DNA of 63,932 nucleotides, the filler included, from Rhabdomonas costata (taxonomy: Eukaryota), in assembly GCA_019059605.1 (NCBI GenBank). It is 43 parts of 43 records of this genome, joined end to end, with 100 filler letters (N's around TTAATTAATTAA, not from the genome) between each part and the next. Parts side by side here need not be neighbours in the genome. Positions count along the whole stretch, not along the records: positions 62,545 to 63,932 come from JAHMHO010017413.1; 42 more parts are not named here. The stretch is one strand, 5' to 3'. The position numbers and the translations under genes were made by a program. Of this stretch, positions 63,137 through 63,932 are shown piece after piece. Position 1 is the stretch's first letter. Each line of letters starts with the position of its first letter. The notes below the pieces were generated by a model that had not been told where the DNA came from, did not search any database, and saw nothing but the letters and a program-made list of their open reading frames with translations.

Positions 63137-63263
63137 GTTGTTCTTCCTGAACAACACATAAATTATAGTATATTATTTTATTTCTGCAACAAATGTAAAA
63201 CCTATTAGCGAGTTACGTAGTCTTTACTTCTCTTATTATAGTACATTGTAATTATAGTATATT
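63137..63263 (-). promoter_or_regulatory. Promoter/operator region of RHH gene 1
   Basis: Three AAT(G/A)TACTATAAT boxes; TTGCAG-16 nt-TATAAT sigma70-like promoter at about 63162-63189; palindrome GTTGTTC-N5-GAACAAC at 63137-63155 between the -10 box and the SD. Confidence 0.65.
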
Positions 63264-63494
63264 TTTGAACAACTGTATTTTTCGCTATTGAGAAAAATAT
63301 AGGATGTCTTACTATAAAAAATAACGTGGCTAAACATAAATTTGCTGTAAAAATCAAGGGTTTTAACTGCCCAAGGGTTTATTTAAAAGCCAACTTAAAA
63401 GATCTTTTTGTTGCCTTAAAAAAAAAGAAGATTTATCGAGATGTTTGAAGCTACGCCACTCCTCTAAAATTTGTCAGTAAAGCAGCAGTATGTT

Positions 63495-63932
63495 TTATGG
63501 CCTTGGTCTTGGCGGTGATGGGAATTTTTGTCGGGCTTCTTGAGCTATTTGTTTTTGTTTGTCCTTTATTGATGGTGATATAACGCATTGTCCTGCTTTA
63601 TTGGGTCCTTCGTAGATTGAATCAGAACACGAATTATCGCCATTATAATATTGTTGGTACATGCAAGTTGGTTTTATAGAAATTTGGCATGGAAATGTAT
63701 CTCTGTTATACTGATCATAATAAGTACCAGATGTAGCTCCTAAATATAGTGCTTGATTTCTACACCAATTAGTTCTAGCTTCTGTAATAGCATTGTAAGC
63801 CACAGCATATTCATTTACCAACACCTGCTCTAAACTGGCTGTAACATTAAAGCTATCAAAAGCATGAGTGTATTTGCTTAAAGTAGTATTGTAGAGGCCA
63901 ATAATAAATTGGTGATTGTTTACCACCACCCC
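63495..63932 (-). CDS. Cys/Tyr-rich hypothetical protein, C-terminal part
   Basis: Open frame from the window edge to TAA; AT-rich codons; five Cys; no family recognised. Confidence 0.7.
   Translation of the reverse strand, partial: GVVVNNHQFIIGLYNTTLSKYTHAFDSFNVTASLEQVLVNEYAVAYNAITEARTNWCRNQALYLGATSGTYYDQYNRDTFPCQISIKPTCMYQQYYNGDNSCSDSIYEGPNKAGQCVISPSIKDKQKQIAQEARQKFPSPPRPRP

Overview
This window is not contiguous genome. It is 43 unrelated contigs of about 1.39-1.41 kb joined by 42 identical 100-nt linkers (N44-TTAATTAATTAA-N44, stops in all six frames), so nothing can be inferred across linkers. Most contigs start with G/T-only sequence and end with C/A-only sequence. Two carry GGGTGTGTTTGG, matching the GenomePlex/WTA universal primer end as I recall it, and five have perfect terminal fold-backs, which points to a whole-genome-amplified, probably single-cell, library. 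About 40 contigs come from an intron-rich protist with GC-rich exons and T-rich introns. Its donor consensus is GTNYG rather than GTRAG, and it has two AG|GCATG (GC-AG) introns. This suggests a euglenozoan (euglenid-like) host, which is an inference. Hand-splicing recovers fragments of a calcineurin-B-like EF-hand protein, glucosidase II beta, a MAP kinase, p24, DHFR, TOR, NAA15, ankyrin, LRR, disintegrin-like, cold-shock-like and GT71-like genes. It also recovers two bacterial-type enzymes with spliceosomal introns (CocE/NonD hydrolase; HDAH-type deacetylase). Retroelement relics and three interspersed repeat families are present. Two AT-rich contigs are foreign. 46154-47562 encodes a virus-like fibre protein. 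62545-63932 is a bacterial mobile-element-like module: two tandem ParG-like ribbon-helix-helix genes, four copies of a 14-bp box, and a translationally coupled, primase-like gene start. That module is the best candidate for an undescribed system. All family calls come from recalled motifs; no searches were run.
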